Origin: Clostridia bacterium
GTDB taxonomy: Bacteria > Bacillota > Clostridia > Christensenellales > Aristaeellaceae
DNA length: 64,000 bases
Direction: 5' to 3'
Assembly: GCA_017396845.1 (NCBI GenBank)
Contig: JAFQKQ010000107.1
Coordinates: 3,453 to 67,452, forward strand
Part shown: positions 19,721-28,437 of the stretch, piece after piece
How the letters are laid out: the number at the start of each line of letters is the position of its first letter
How positions within the stretch are numbered: position 1 is the stretch's first letter
The notes under the pieces: model-generated
What the model was told of the DNA's origin: nothing
What the model saw: only the letters and a program-made list of their open reading frames with translations
Databases searched by the model: none
Program-made: the position numbers and the translations under genes

Positions 19721-20305
19721 ATGAATACTTATATTACGGGCGCGGTGATTAAGGAACTGCGGGAGAAGAAGGGGCTTACACAGGAGGAGTTGGCGAGGCG
19801 AATCGGCGTTACCGGGAAGGCGGTTTCCAAGTGGGAAACGGGGAAAGGGCTTCCGGACATATCTCTTTTGGAGCCGCTTTCGTCGGCGCTTGGAGCGTCG
19901 GTGATCGAGCTTATGAAGGGAGAAACGGTTGTGAACCGGAACCGCTCCTCAAACATGATGAAAACGCGTTTTTATGTATGTCCGGTATGCGGCAACATCG
20001 TTCATGCGGTGGGAAACGCGCTGATTTCCTGCTGCGGAATTACGCTCCCGGCGCTGGAGGCGGAAGCGTTTGACGACGCGCACGCGCCGACGATCGAAAT
20101 GATCGAGGACGAACGCTTTATATCCTTCCGGCACGATATGAGCAAAACCCATTTCATATCCTTTCTGGCGTTTGTTTCAAACGACCGGGTACAGATGATC
20201 AAATTCTATCCCGAAGGAAACGCCGAAACACGGATTCAGAAAAGGGGACACGGGGATCTGTACGCCTATTGCAACAAGCACGGGCTTATGAAGCAAAGGC
20301 TGTAG
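19721..20305 (+). CDS. XRE-type HTH domain fused to a complete desulfoferrodoxin (desulforedoxin-like domain plus superoxide reductase domain)
   Basis: The HTH reads LREKKGLTQEELARRIGVTGKAVSKWETG. The Dx motif is YVCPVCGNIVHAVGNALISCCG (CxxC...CC). SOR ligand-like positions are DAHAP, RHDMSKTH and YCNKHG. Confidence 0.8.
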   Translation: MNTYITGAVIKELREKKGLTQEELARRIGVTGKAVSKWETGKGLPDISLLEPLSSALGASVIELMKGETVVNRNRSSNMMKTRFYVCPVCGNIVHAVGNALISCCGITLPALEAEAFDDAHAPTIEMIEDERFISFRHDMSKTHFISFLAFVSNDRVQMIKFYPEGNAETRIQKRGHGDLYAYCNKHGLMKQRL

Positions 20306-20321
20306 AATTTGGAAACGGGCA

Positions 20322-20365
20322 GAAAAAAGCGGGCGGACGTCAGAAGATGACGATATCCGCCCGCT
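20322..20365 (-). terminator. rho-independent terminator after the ABC-F gene (hairpin shared with the convergent plus-strand gene)
   Basis: The 10-bp stem AGCGGGCGGA...TCCGCCCGCT has a T6 run on the minus strand. Confidence 0.65.
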
Positions 20366-20398
20366 GTTCATATTTCAAAATACGATATGCCTTTATTT

Positions 20399-22294
20399 CT
20401 ACTCGCACGCAAGCCATTTTTCAAACAGCTCGTCAATTTCCGCCTGAAGCGCGTTTTCCCTTTCCTGCATCTCCTGAAGCTTCACATAGTCCGAGGCAAA
20501 CGCCTTTTCTTCTTCCCGAAGAACCGCCATTTCCGCTTCCTTTTTCTCAATATCGCGCTCAAGCATCGCTTTTTTTCTTTCGGATTTACCGGGTCTGGGC
20601 GCGGGCTTCTGCGTTTTTTCTGCTTTGGGCGCAGGCGCGGAAGCGGATTTTCTTTGGATTTCCTCCTTTTGTTTGATGGACAGATATTTTTCGAAGCCGC
20701 AGTCATAATCGCGGATTTCGCCATTGTCAATTTCCCAAATGCGCGTGGCAAACCGGTTTATGAAATAACGGTCATGAGACACGAAAATCAGCGTTCCTTC
20801 AAAGGCGTTTACCGCGTCCTCGATCCATTCGCGGGAGGGAATATCCAGATGGTTGGTCGGTTCGTCAAGCACCAGCACATTTGCGCCCGAATGCATGGCA
20901 AGGCACATTGTAAGGCGCATCTTCTCGCCGCCGGAGAGCTGCGACACGGTTTTCAGCGCGTTTTCGCCGCCGAACATGAACACGCCCAGCCGATCCCGCG
21001 CGCCCTGCGCGTCCAGATTCAAATCGTAAATAAGCGTATCGACGAGCGTTCGCTCGGGATGCGGAAATACTATCTTCTGCGGTATGGACACAAGTTTCAC
21101 AGATGGCCCCAGACGGCACGATCCCGAAACGGGACTGCTTTCGCCCGTTAGAATGTTTAAAAGCGTAGTCTTTCCGCTCCCGTTGTCTCCGACAATTGCG
21201 ATTCTCTCCGAGCCTCTGACGAGCGCGGAAAAGTTAGAAAACAGCATGCGGCCGCCGTATCCGAATTGAATGTCCTTTATCACCGCCGCTTCCTGCGCGC
21301 GGAATTTTTCGCCGGAAAACGCAGCGGTCAGCTTTTCGTCGACCGGCGGCTTATCCGTTTGTCTAAGCCACTCGATCCTCTTTTCAATGGCGAATGCACG
21401 CTTATGAAGCGCAGGATTGTCGTACGCCTGCGCCCAGGTATGCATTCTCCTGGCCGTTTCTTCCAGCTGCTTGATCTTCGCCTGCTCAATTTCGTACTGC
21501 TTTTTCTGCCGCTCATACCGTTCGGCCTTTTCCTTCACATAATAGGAAAACGTGCCGGAATAAAACGAAGCCATGCCGAATCGGGTGATTTCGATGATGC
21601 GCGTAACCGCCTTTTCGAGGAAATACCTGTCGTGCGATACGGCGATCACCGCGCCGCGATAGGAGCGAAGGTAATCCTCCAGCCACAAAATACCCGAAAG
21701 ATCCAGATGGTTTGTCGGTTCGTCAAGCGCCAGTATATCCGCATCCTCAAGGATCAGCTTGGCAAGATTCACCCGCATCTGTTCGCCACCGGATAGGTTT
21801 TTATAGAGGTTTTTCCGCATTTCAGCTGTCACGCCGAGGCCGTTGGCCGCCTTATTGATTCTCGTTTCGTATTCGTAGCCGCCTTTTCTCTCAAAATCTT
21901 CCTGAAGCGCGGAAATGCGCCTGAGTGTTTTTTCGTCCGTATCCGAACCGGCCTCGGCCATCAGCGCGTTCATTCTTTCCTCGATCTCAAACGCTTCGCG
22001 GAAGGCGAGCTTCATTACGTCGTCTCCCGTCGCATCATCCGGGTACTCGGGATTCTGCGGAACATATCCCACCCGCTTTCCGCCGGGAAATATAACTTTT
22101 CCCGAGGACGGCGCAATCTCGCCCGTGATAATTTTAAGAAGCGTGGTCTTTCCGGCCCCGTTTATGCCCAAAAGACCCACGCGCTCCCGTTCGTTTACCT
22201 GAAACGACACCTCGTCCAGTATGATTCTGTCCTGATCGTAATAATGCGTAATTTTATCCGCAATCACTTCAGCCAATATTTTCGCCTCCGGCAT
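20399..22294 (-). CDS. ABC-F family ATPase with two ABC cassettes and a C-terminal coiled coil
   Basis: There are two Walker A motifs (GINGAGKTT, GDNGSGKTT), two LSGGE signatures and no TM domain. The start is uncertain: ATG 22294, or TTG 22276, which has a GGAGG 8 nt upstream. Confidence 0.9.
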   Translation of the reverse strand: MPEAKILAEVIADKITHYYDQDRIILDEVSFQVNERERVGLLGINGAGKTTLLKIITGEIAPSSGKVIFPGGKRVGYVPQNPEYPDDATGDDVMKLAFREAFEIEERMNALMAEAGSDTDEKTLRRISALQEDFERKGGYEYETRINKAANGLGVTAEMRKNLYKNLSGGEQMRVNLAKLILEDADILALDEPTNHLDLSGILWLEDYLRSYRGAVIAVSHDRYFLEKAVTRIIEITRFGMASFYSGTFSYYVKEKAERYERQKKQYEIEQAKIKQLEETARRMHTWAQAYDNPALHKRAFAIEKRIEWLRQTDKPPVDEKLTAAFSGEKFRAQEAAVIKDIQFGYGGRMLFSNFSALVRGSERIAIVGDNGSGKTTLLNILTGESSPVSGSCRLGPSVKLVSIPQKIVFPHPERTLVDTLIYDLNLDAQGARDRLGVFMFGGENALKTVSQLSGGEKMRLTMCLAMHSGANVLVLDEPTNHLDIPSREWIEDAVNAFEGTLIFVSHDRYFINRFATRIWEIDNGEIRDYDCGFEKYLSIKQKEEIQRKSASAPAPKAEKTQKPAPRPGKSERKKAMLERDIEKKEAEMAVLREEEKAFASDYVKLQEMQERENALQAEIDELFEKWLACE

Positions 22295-22511
22295 TTTTAC
22301 GCGCGGTCTCAATCATCACCATCCGCGCAAATTCCTCAAAGGAGTATCCGTGCTGTTCATCTCCGATATCGAGCATGTGAAAAAAGCAGCTCGGAATCTC
22401 CCTTTCCCGCATATTTTTAATGATGCATTTGGTGCAGCCGTCCTCGTGATTCACCGGATGATTGGGGCAGCCTGTATCCGTACAGGTGCAGATTTCTCTT
22501 GCGTTTTTCAT
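22269..22511 (-). CDS. small Cys-rich protein (DUF6485-like, identified from memory)
   Basis: An 80-aa protein with CTCTDTGCPNHPVNHEDGCTKC...SCFFH. It overlaps the start of the ABC-F gene. Confidence 0.6.
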   Translation of the reverse strand: MKNAREICTCTDTGCPNHPVNHEDGCTKCIIKNMREREIPSCFFHMLDIGDEQHGYSFEEFARMVMIETARKNAGGENIG

Positions 22512-22525
22512 AGAGAGGTTCTCCT

Positions 22526-23281
22526 TTATTCATAGAATGCGCGTTCCTTTTCGCCGTCTGAAAACAAACGCTTTTTCACGCCGAATTCCTCTTCAATCAG
22601 GTTTGTATTCATAAGCTCCTTTGCGGATATCAGGCGGGAAGCGCCCGACATATGCATCATCAGCACCTCGTCCGCCTCGTTTACCGCCCTTGAAAGATTG
22701 TGCGTAACCATGACAACCGTCTTTTGAAGCCTTTGCATGAGCTCTTTGATAAGCGCGAAAAATTCCGACTCGCCCGATGCATCCATATATGTGGTGCCCT
22801 CGTCCAGCACGATGACGCGCGTGTCCTGCGACAGCACCATCGCAAGATAGGCCCGCTGTCTTTCACCGCCGGAAAGCCGGTTGAGCTTGCGGTGCAAAAA
22901 GGGAGTCATGCCGGTAAAAACCGCCGCCTGCTCGATTTTCTGTTCGTCTTCCCCAGAAAGCCTGCCGGAAAGCGAAAGATAGGGGTTTCTTCCAAGCCTG
23001 ATGATTTCAAACACCGTGAGCGCGGAATCCGGAAGAATCTGCGGAAGCACCGCGATATTTTTCGCCCTTTCCCGCGCGGAAAGCATCTTTATATCCCTGT
23101 CTCCCAACAGGATCTTCCCGTCATAGCGCGTCTGTCCGTTCAGACATCCCACAACCGTCGATTTTCCGCAGCCGTTTTTTCCGATGATCGCAGTAAACGC
23201 GTTCGATCGGAATTCGCAGGAGAAATCGCTCACAATCGGCGTACCCGAGCGATACGCGGTCACATTTTGAAATTTCAGCAT
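22526..23281 (-). CDS. iron-chelate/cobalamin-type ABC transporter, ATP-binding protein
   Basis: Walker A is GKNGCGKST, the signature is LSGGERQR and Walker B is VIVLDEGT. Confidence 0.9.
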   Translation of the reverse strand: MLKFQNVTAYRSGTPIVSDFSCEFRSNAFTAIIGKNGCGKSTVVGCLNGQTRYDGKILLGDRDIKMLSARERAKNIAVLPQILPDSALTVFEIIRLGRNPYLSLSGRLSGEDEQKIEQAAVFTGMTPFLHRKLNRLSGGERQRAYLAMVLSQDTRVIVLDEGTTYMDASGESEFFALIKELMQRLQKTVVMVTHNLSRAVNEADEVLMMHMSGASRLISAKELMNTNLIEEEFGVKKRLFSDGEKERAFYE

Positions 23282-24273
23282 GCGCTTTCCCTCCTGAAAA
23301 GCAGATAGAAGAAAAACGGCACGCCGATAAACGCCATCACAAGCCCCGCCGGAATTTCGGAAGGCGCAAAGATCAGCCTTCCGGCAAGGTCCGCCAAAAG
23401 CACGATGGAAGAACCGACAAATACGGATGATATAAGCGCGCCCCTCGTTTCAGCGCCCGTCAAGCGCCTGGCAATATGCGGAACAATCAGCCCCACAAAA
23501 CCCATAAGCCCCGCAAAGCTGACCACCGCGCCCGCGCAGGCGCTGGAAACCGCAATCAGCAAAAAACGCACCCCGCGAACGTTCACACCGAGAGACTGCG
23601 CAACGCCGTCTCCCAGCGCCATGGCGTCGATCTGACGGGAAAAAACGAAGCTGATCACACATCCCGCCAATATCATGATCGCAGGAAAAAGCAGCGCCTC
23701 CGTCTTTATGCTTGAAAGTCCGCCGATGGAAAACGCATTGTATTGGGAGAGTACATCGGCGTCCAGCAGCGAAATCATCGATATGCCCGCATTTAAAAGC
23801 GCCGTCACTGCAACGCCTGCAAGCACGATCGAATTTTTCGCCGCGTTTACGCGCTTTGCAAGCAGCACAATGAAAAGCGTAGTGAGAAACGCGCCCAGAA
23901 ACGCGGCTGCCGGCGAATACATGTAATACGCTTCCAAAAAGTACAGGATCAGTATCGTAAAAAAGCCTGCGCCGGCGTTTACGCCGATCACATTCGGCCC
24001 CGCAAGCGCATTTCCCATGATATTCTGAAGCAAAAGCCCGGAAACCGACAACCCTGCGCCCGCCAGCATCGCGCCCAGCACCCTCGGAAGCCGAACGCCC
24101 CGTATGATCAGCGTCTCCGTTTCAAAGCCGGCCCGTCCGAAAAGCCCCGAGAAAAATGCGGACGAAGAAAGATTCGCGCTCCCCATTCGAAGGGACAAAA
24201 GCGCAAGAACCAGCGTAAAAGCAGCAAGCGCAAGCGCGCCCGCCGCACCTTTAAAAAACGGCTCCTTCTTCAT
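23275..24273 (-). CDS. FecCD-family ABC transporter permease
   Basis: A polytopic protein of about 330 aa with the typical ...RLPRVL.A.L.GA.L...G...Q pattern. Confidence 0.9.
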   Translation of the reverse strand: MKKEPFFKGAAGALALAAFTLVLALLSLRMGSANLSSSAFFSGLFGRAGFETETLIIRGVRLPRVLGAMLAGAGLSVSGLLLQNIMGNALAGPNVIGVNAGAGFFTILILYFLEAYYMYSPAAAFLGAFLTTLFIVLLAKRVNAAKNSIVLAGVAVTALLNAGISMISLLDADVLSQYNAFSIGGLSSIKTEALLFPAIMILAGCVISFVFSRQIDAMALGDGVAQSLGVNVRGVRFLLIAVSSACAGAVVSFAGLMGFVGLIVPHIARRLTGAETRGALISSVFVGSSIVLLADLAGRLIFAPSEIPAGLVMAFIGVPFFFYLLFRRESAC

Positions 24274-25199
24274 GCCTCATCATCCTCGAAATACAGCGCA
24301 TTATACATGATTTCATATGCCTCCGCCCATCTGTGATTGGGCTTGTACTGAAAAAGATCCTTGGGGAGATACATATAATCTCTGTTTTTTATGCACGAAA
24401 GCGCCTGCCACGTGCTTTCAGAGAGCACGCTTTCCATGTATTCAATCGCCTTTTCTTCATCGCCCATGGTGGATATAAATATGTAATCCGGATCCTCTAT
24501 CAGAATTTCTTCAAAGCTCAGTCCGTCCAAAAGTACCTTCGCATTATCCGCGATATTGTAGGCGCCCAATTCCTCGAGCATCTTCGCCGCAAAATGCTGC
24601 TTTGCATTTTTGGCCTTCGCGCTGGTGACGCTCGACCCCGAACGGATAAAGAGGATTTTAGGCGTCTCCCCTTTGTTTTCATTCGCCTTCAAGCGAATGT
24701 CCTCCGCTTTTTCATATACCTCTTCTCCGTACACTCTGTATGCTTCGGCGTTGCCTGTAATATCGGTAAACACCTTAAGCATATTCACATAATCCTCTAT
24801 CGACTCCACGCGCATCTCGGCTGTGGGGATTCCGGCGCTTTTCAGAAATTCGGCAGCCTTTCTCTGCGCAGGAATGTCGATCGACGTAATCACAAAATCG
24901 GGCCGCGCCTCAATAAGCATTTCCAAATCAATGCTCTTTCCCGCGCCCATATCGACAAGCACCGCATCCTCCCCGGCAAATCCGCGCTCAACAGCTTCGT
25001 ACACCGTAATCCTCGTTTCGCCCCCCGAGAGATTCCAAACCTCGGCAAAGGACGAAAACAATACCGCCGTATTCTCAGGCGCGCAAGAAAGCGCCACCGT
25101 ATCGCCGCTTGCGTCAACAAACGAAACCTCCGAAAGCACGGGAGCGGAAAGAAACGCCAAACCGCATAAAATAAACACGAAAATCAGAATTTTTTTCAT
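24270..25199 (-). CDS. ABC transporter substrate-binding protein (class III, iron-siderophore/B12 type)
   Basis: It has a signal peptide and the typical size, and it is the first gene of an operon with the FecCD permease and the ATPase. Confidence 0.85.
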   Translation of the reverse strand: MKKILIFVFILCGLAFLSAPVLSEVSFVDASGDTVALSCAPENTAVLFSSFAEVWNLSGGETRITVYEAVERGFAGEDAVLVDMGAGKSIDLEMLIEARPDFVITSIDIPAQRKAAEFLKSAGIPTAEMRVESIEDYVNMLKVFTDITGNAEAYRVYGEEVYEKAEDIRLKANENKGETPKILFIRSGSSVTSAKAKNAKQHFAAKMLEELGAYNIADNAKVLLDGLSFEEILIEDPDYIFISTMGDEEKAIEYMESVLSESTWQALSCIKNRDYMYLPKDLFQYKPNHRWAEAYEIMYNALYFEDDEA

Positions 25200-25232
25200 A
25201 ATATACCGCCTGTAAGCAATATTACCCGATCA

Positions 25233-25262
25233 AGTATAGCATCTGAAAAACCAAACTGTCAA
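25233..25262 (-). promoter_or_regulatory. candidate promoter of the iron-type ABC operon
   Basis: The minus strand reads TTGACA, an 18-nt spacer, then TGcTATACT (extended -10). The leader is only about 25 nt. Confidence 0.55.
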
Positions 25263-25284
25263 TGATGAAGAATATCAGGCTTCC

Positions 25285-25509
25285 GTGGGTATTGACGGAA
25301 AATTCCCGGCTTTTCGGCCGTTAAAGGATGAATCGGTATTCAAAAATGCAAGGGCAGAATACGGCGCCGCGGCATGGGCTGACGGAAAAATCGACGCCGC
25401 ACCCGAAACCATGCATGAAACAAGCTTAGAATATCGCGAAATGCACTTTATGCAAACAATAACGGGACATATGCGCAAAATCCGGATTTTCCGCATATGT
25501 CCCGTTTGA
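25285..25509 (+). pseudogene. possible remnant of a DUF2442-family gene (C-terminal half only)
   Basis: The translation ...GKFPAFRPLKDESVFKNARAEYGAAAWADGKIDAAPETMHETS resembles the DUF2442 C-terminal consensus (G.F..L.D...F..V.V....G...W..G.D.aP..L). The N-terminal strands are absent, and the tail reads through a long palindrome. Confidence 0.3.
25462..25505. repeat. 44-bp near-perfect palindrome, possibly a bidirectional terminator or a protein-binding site
   Basis: The sequence is ACGGGACATATGCG-C-AAAATCC|GGATTTT-C-CGCATATGTCCCGT. Only the C/C pair is mismatched. Confidence 0.6.
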
Positions 25510-25598
25510 TTCACCATTGATACTTCATGACGTGAAATCCGTAAACGATTTTCCCATTTCACCCGCCCTGCGAATTTCTCATTTTCTCTCGTTTCCCG

Positions 25599-25627
25599 TA
25601 GACAAAAACTGAGAAAGACGATATAAT
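25599..25627 (+). promoter_or_regulatory. candidate promoter of argS
   Basis: TAGACA, a 17-nt spacer, then TATAAT, about 40 nt upstream of the argS ATG. Confidence 0.6.
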
Positions 25628-25666
25628 GATCATCAAATGAGTATTGGTTAGGAGTGGAGTATTTTT

Positions 25667-27376
25667 ATGGATTTTCGGATGATGATCGCAAAATGCGCTT
25701 GCGAAGCGATGGAAAAGGCGTTCCCGGGCGCGGCGATTCAGGCGGAGGATGCAGCCGGTATGCTGGAAACGCCGCCGGATCCCGCGATGGGCGATTATGC
25801 GCTTCCGTGCTTTAAGCTTTCCAAGGCATTAAGAAAAGCGCCGCCTATGATTTCCGACGCGCTCAAAGCAAATATCGAAGCGCCGTTTTTAGAGCGCGTT
25901 GAGAGCGTAAAGGGCTATCTGAATTTCTTTGTCGACCGCGCAATGTATGCAAAGGAAGTATTGCTGGCGGCGGAACAGGCGGGCGAAAAATACGGAAGCG
26001 GAGACGAAGGCAGCGGCAAAACCGTCGTAATCGACTATTCGTCTATCAACATCGCAAAGCGCTTCCACATCGGACATCTTTCCACCACCATGATCGGAAA
26101 CGCGCTTTATAAGATTTATAAATTTCTGGGCTACGAGTGCGTGGGCGTAAACCATCTGGGCGACTGGGGCACGCAGTTCGGAAAGATGATCTCCGCCTAC
26201 AAGCGCTGGGGCGACAGGGAGACCGTCATGAAGGGCGGCGTGGACGAGATGGTAAAGCTGTATGTGCGCTTTACTGCCGAAGCCAAGGAAAATCCCGCGC
26301 TGGACGACGAGGGACGCGCATGGTTTAAAGCCATTGAAGACGGAAATCCCGAAGCGCTTGAAATTTTCAACTGGTTTAAAGAGGTAACGCTGGCAGACGC
26401 GAACCGCGTATACGATATGCTGGGCGTAAAGTTCGACTCCTATGCGGGCGAAAGCTTCTATCACGACAAGACGGCGGGCGTTGTAGAGGATCTGAAAAAC
26501 GCCGGACTTCTTAAGGAAGATCAGGGCGCGCAGATTGTGGATCTGGAAGAATACGGCATGCCGCCGATGATCTTCGTTCGCTCGGACGGCGCTACGCTCT
26601 ACGCCACTCGCGATCTTGCGGCGATTAAGTACCGCCATGAAACGTATAATTTCGATAAGTGCCTCTACGTTGTCGCCTATCAGCAGGACCTGCACTTCAA
26701 GCAGCTGTTCAAGACGACCGAGCTGCTCGGATGGGACTGGGCGAAGGGCTGCGAGCATGTCAATTTCGGCATGGTGTCCTACGAAGGTCAGGCGCTTTCC
26801 ACCCGCGAGGGCAGAATCGTATACCTTGAAGACCTTTTGAGCCAGTCCGTTGAAAAGGCGGAGGCCATCATTGAAGAAAAGAGCCCCGGGCTTGAAAACA
26901 AGCGCGAAGTAGCAAAGCAGATCGGCATCGGCGCCGTGGTATTCTTTGCGCTGTTTAACGGCAGAATCAAGGATATCGACTTCACCTGGGACCGCGCCCT
27001 GAATTTCGAAGGCGAAACCGGCCCCTACGTCATGTATACCCATGCCCGTGCGGGAAGCGTATTGCGAAAAGCAGGCGAGTGCGATTGCGCGCCCGATTTC
27101 AGCGCCCTTTCCGATCCCGAGGCGCAGGCGGTTATCAAGCTGATCGACGCCTTCCCGGATACCATCCGTCTGGCAGTATCCAGAAGCGAGCCTTCCCTGA
27201 TCACCCGCTTCTCGGTAGAGCTGGCCAAGGCCTTTAACAAGTTCTATTACGAATGCAGAATTCTGGACGACGACATGGGCGCGCGCGCCGCACGCCTTTG
27301 CCTTACGAAGATCGCTAAGCAGACCATTTATAAAGCGCTTGATCTTATCGGCATCAAAGCGCCGGAGAGAATGTAA
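25667..27376 (+). CDS. argS: arginine--tRNA ligase
   Basis: IAKRFHIGHL is the class I HIGH-type motif. The 569-aa length and the C-terminal DALR anticodon-binding region (ending in M) are typical of ArgRS. Confidence 0.95.
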   Translation: MDFRMMIAKCACEAMEKAFPGAAIQAEDAAGMLETPPDPAMGDYALPCFKLSKALRKAPPMISDALKANIEAPFLERVESVKGYLNFFVDRAMYAKEVLLAAEQAGEKYGSGDEGSGKTVVIDYSSINIAKRFHIGHLSTTMIGNALYKIYKFLGYECVGVNHLGDWGTQFGKMISAYKRWGDRETVMKGGVDEMVKLYVRFTAEAKENPALDDEGRAWFKAIEDGNPEALEIFNWFKEVTLADANRVYDMLGVKFDSYAGESFYHDKTAGVVEDLKNAGLLKEDQGAQIVDLEEYGMPPMIFVRSDGATLYATRDLAAIKYRHETYNFDKCLYVVAYQQDLHFKQLFKTTELLGWDWAKGCEHVNFGMVSYEGQALSTREGRIVYLEDLLSQSVEKAEAIIEEKSPGLENKREVAKQIGIGAVVFFALFNGRIKDIDFTWDRALNFEGETGPYVMYTHARAGSVLRKAGECDCAPDFSALSDPEAQAVIKLIDAFPDTIRLAVSRSEPSLITRFSVELAKAFNKFYYECRILDDDMGARAARLCLTKIAKQTIYKALDLIGIKAPERM

Positions 27377-27411
27377 GAAACCAAAGCAATCATTATAAGG
27401 AGGATGCGCCT

Positions 27412-28413
27412 ATGGACGTCATGCGGATGAAGCCCTATTTCCGCCACGGAGAAGCGACCCCGTGGGGCGGAAGCATGCTGAAGAACGTATTTATGAAGGA
27501 CGCGCCCGAAGACAGATGCGGCGAAAGCCTGGAGGTCAGCGCATTAAACGGCATGGAAAGCGTAATTCTAAACGGCGAATTCGAAGGAATGACGCTGAAG
27601 GACGCGCTGGATGCGCATTACGAGGAAATCGTAGGCGATAAAAACGCGCCGTTCCCGCTGCTTTTGAAGATTCTGGACGCGCGGGACACGCTTTCCGTTC
27701 AGGTGCATCCCGGCGACGAATATGCGCTCAAAAACGACGGAAAGCTCGGAAAGACCGAGGCATGGATGATTCTGAACGCCGAGATCGGCGCAAAGATCGC
27801 ATACGGACTGAAAAAGACGGATGAACCGCTTGAGGATATCGTAGCGCGCGGCGCGCTGGAAGAGGTTCTCAACTGGGAAATCGCGCGTCCGGGCGACGTG
27901 TACTACATCCCGCACGGCATGGTGCACGCGCTGGGCGGCGGTGTTCAGGTATACGAAATCCAGCAGTCCTCCGACGCCACCTACCGCTTCTGGGACTGGG
28001 GCCGCGTGGGCAAGGACGGAAAACCGAGAGAGCTTCACACGAAAAAGGCGCTGGATGTAACGCGCCCCTCTCTCGCCTCCGGAAAGACCCCCGGCGCAAC
28101 GATTCTTTGCGAGGGCGGCAGCCGCACGCATTTCGTATGCGATGAGAATTTTGAGCTTACGCGCTTAAACGTAGCCGGCAGAATGCCGATTCCGACCGGA
28201 CGCATGGCGTTCATTACGCCGATGGGCGAGTGCGAAGTAGAATGGGACGCTGGAAAGATGACGCTTGCGCCCTTTGAAAGCGCGCTCATCCCGGCTTGCG
28301 CCAAGGATGTATATGTATCCGGCCGTCTTCCCGTAATGCTGTCCGGGCTTCCCGATCAGGAAACGCTCAGAAATGAACTTGGTTACCGCGCAGAGAATGT
28401 AGCGGGACTTTAA
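27412..28413 (+). CDS. manA: class I mannose-6-phosphate isomerase
   Basis: LSVQVHPGDEYA, KTEAWMIL and IPHGMVHALG are the zinc-ligand motifs of type I PMI. Confidence 0.85.
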   Translation: MDVMRMKPYFRHGEATPWGGSMLKNVFMKDAPEDRCGESLEVSALNGMESVILNGEFEGMTLKDALDAHYEEIVGDKNAPFPLLLKILDARDTLSVQVHPGDEYALKNDGKLGKTEAWMILNAEIGAKIAYGLKKTDEPLEDIVARGALEEVLNWEIARPGDVYYIPHGMVHALGGGVQVYEIQQSSDATYRFWDWGRVGKDGKPRELHTKKALDVTRPSLASGKTPGATILCEGGSRTHFVCDENFELTRLNVAGRMPIPTGRMAFITPMGECEVEWDAGKMTLAPFESALIPACAKDVYVSGRLPVMLSGLPDQETLRNELGYRAENVAGL

Positions 28414-28437
28414 TAAAGAAATAAGGAGCGAACGAGT

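Noticed and set aside
25200-25300. A cobalamin or other riboswitch upstream of the FecCD/BtuF-type ABC operon.
   Set aside because: - The predicted promoter (25233-25262) leaves a leader of about 25 nt.
- No B12-box-like (AGYCMGGAGACCKGCC) or GCCACTG motif is visible on the minus strand.
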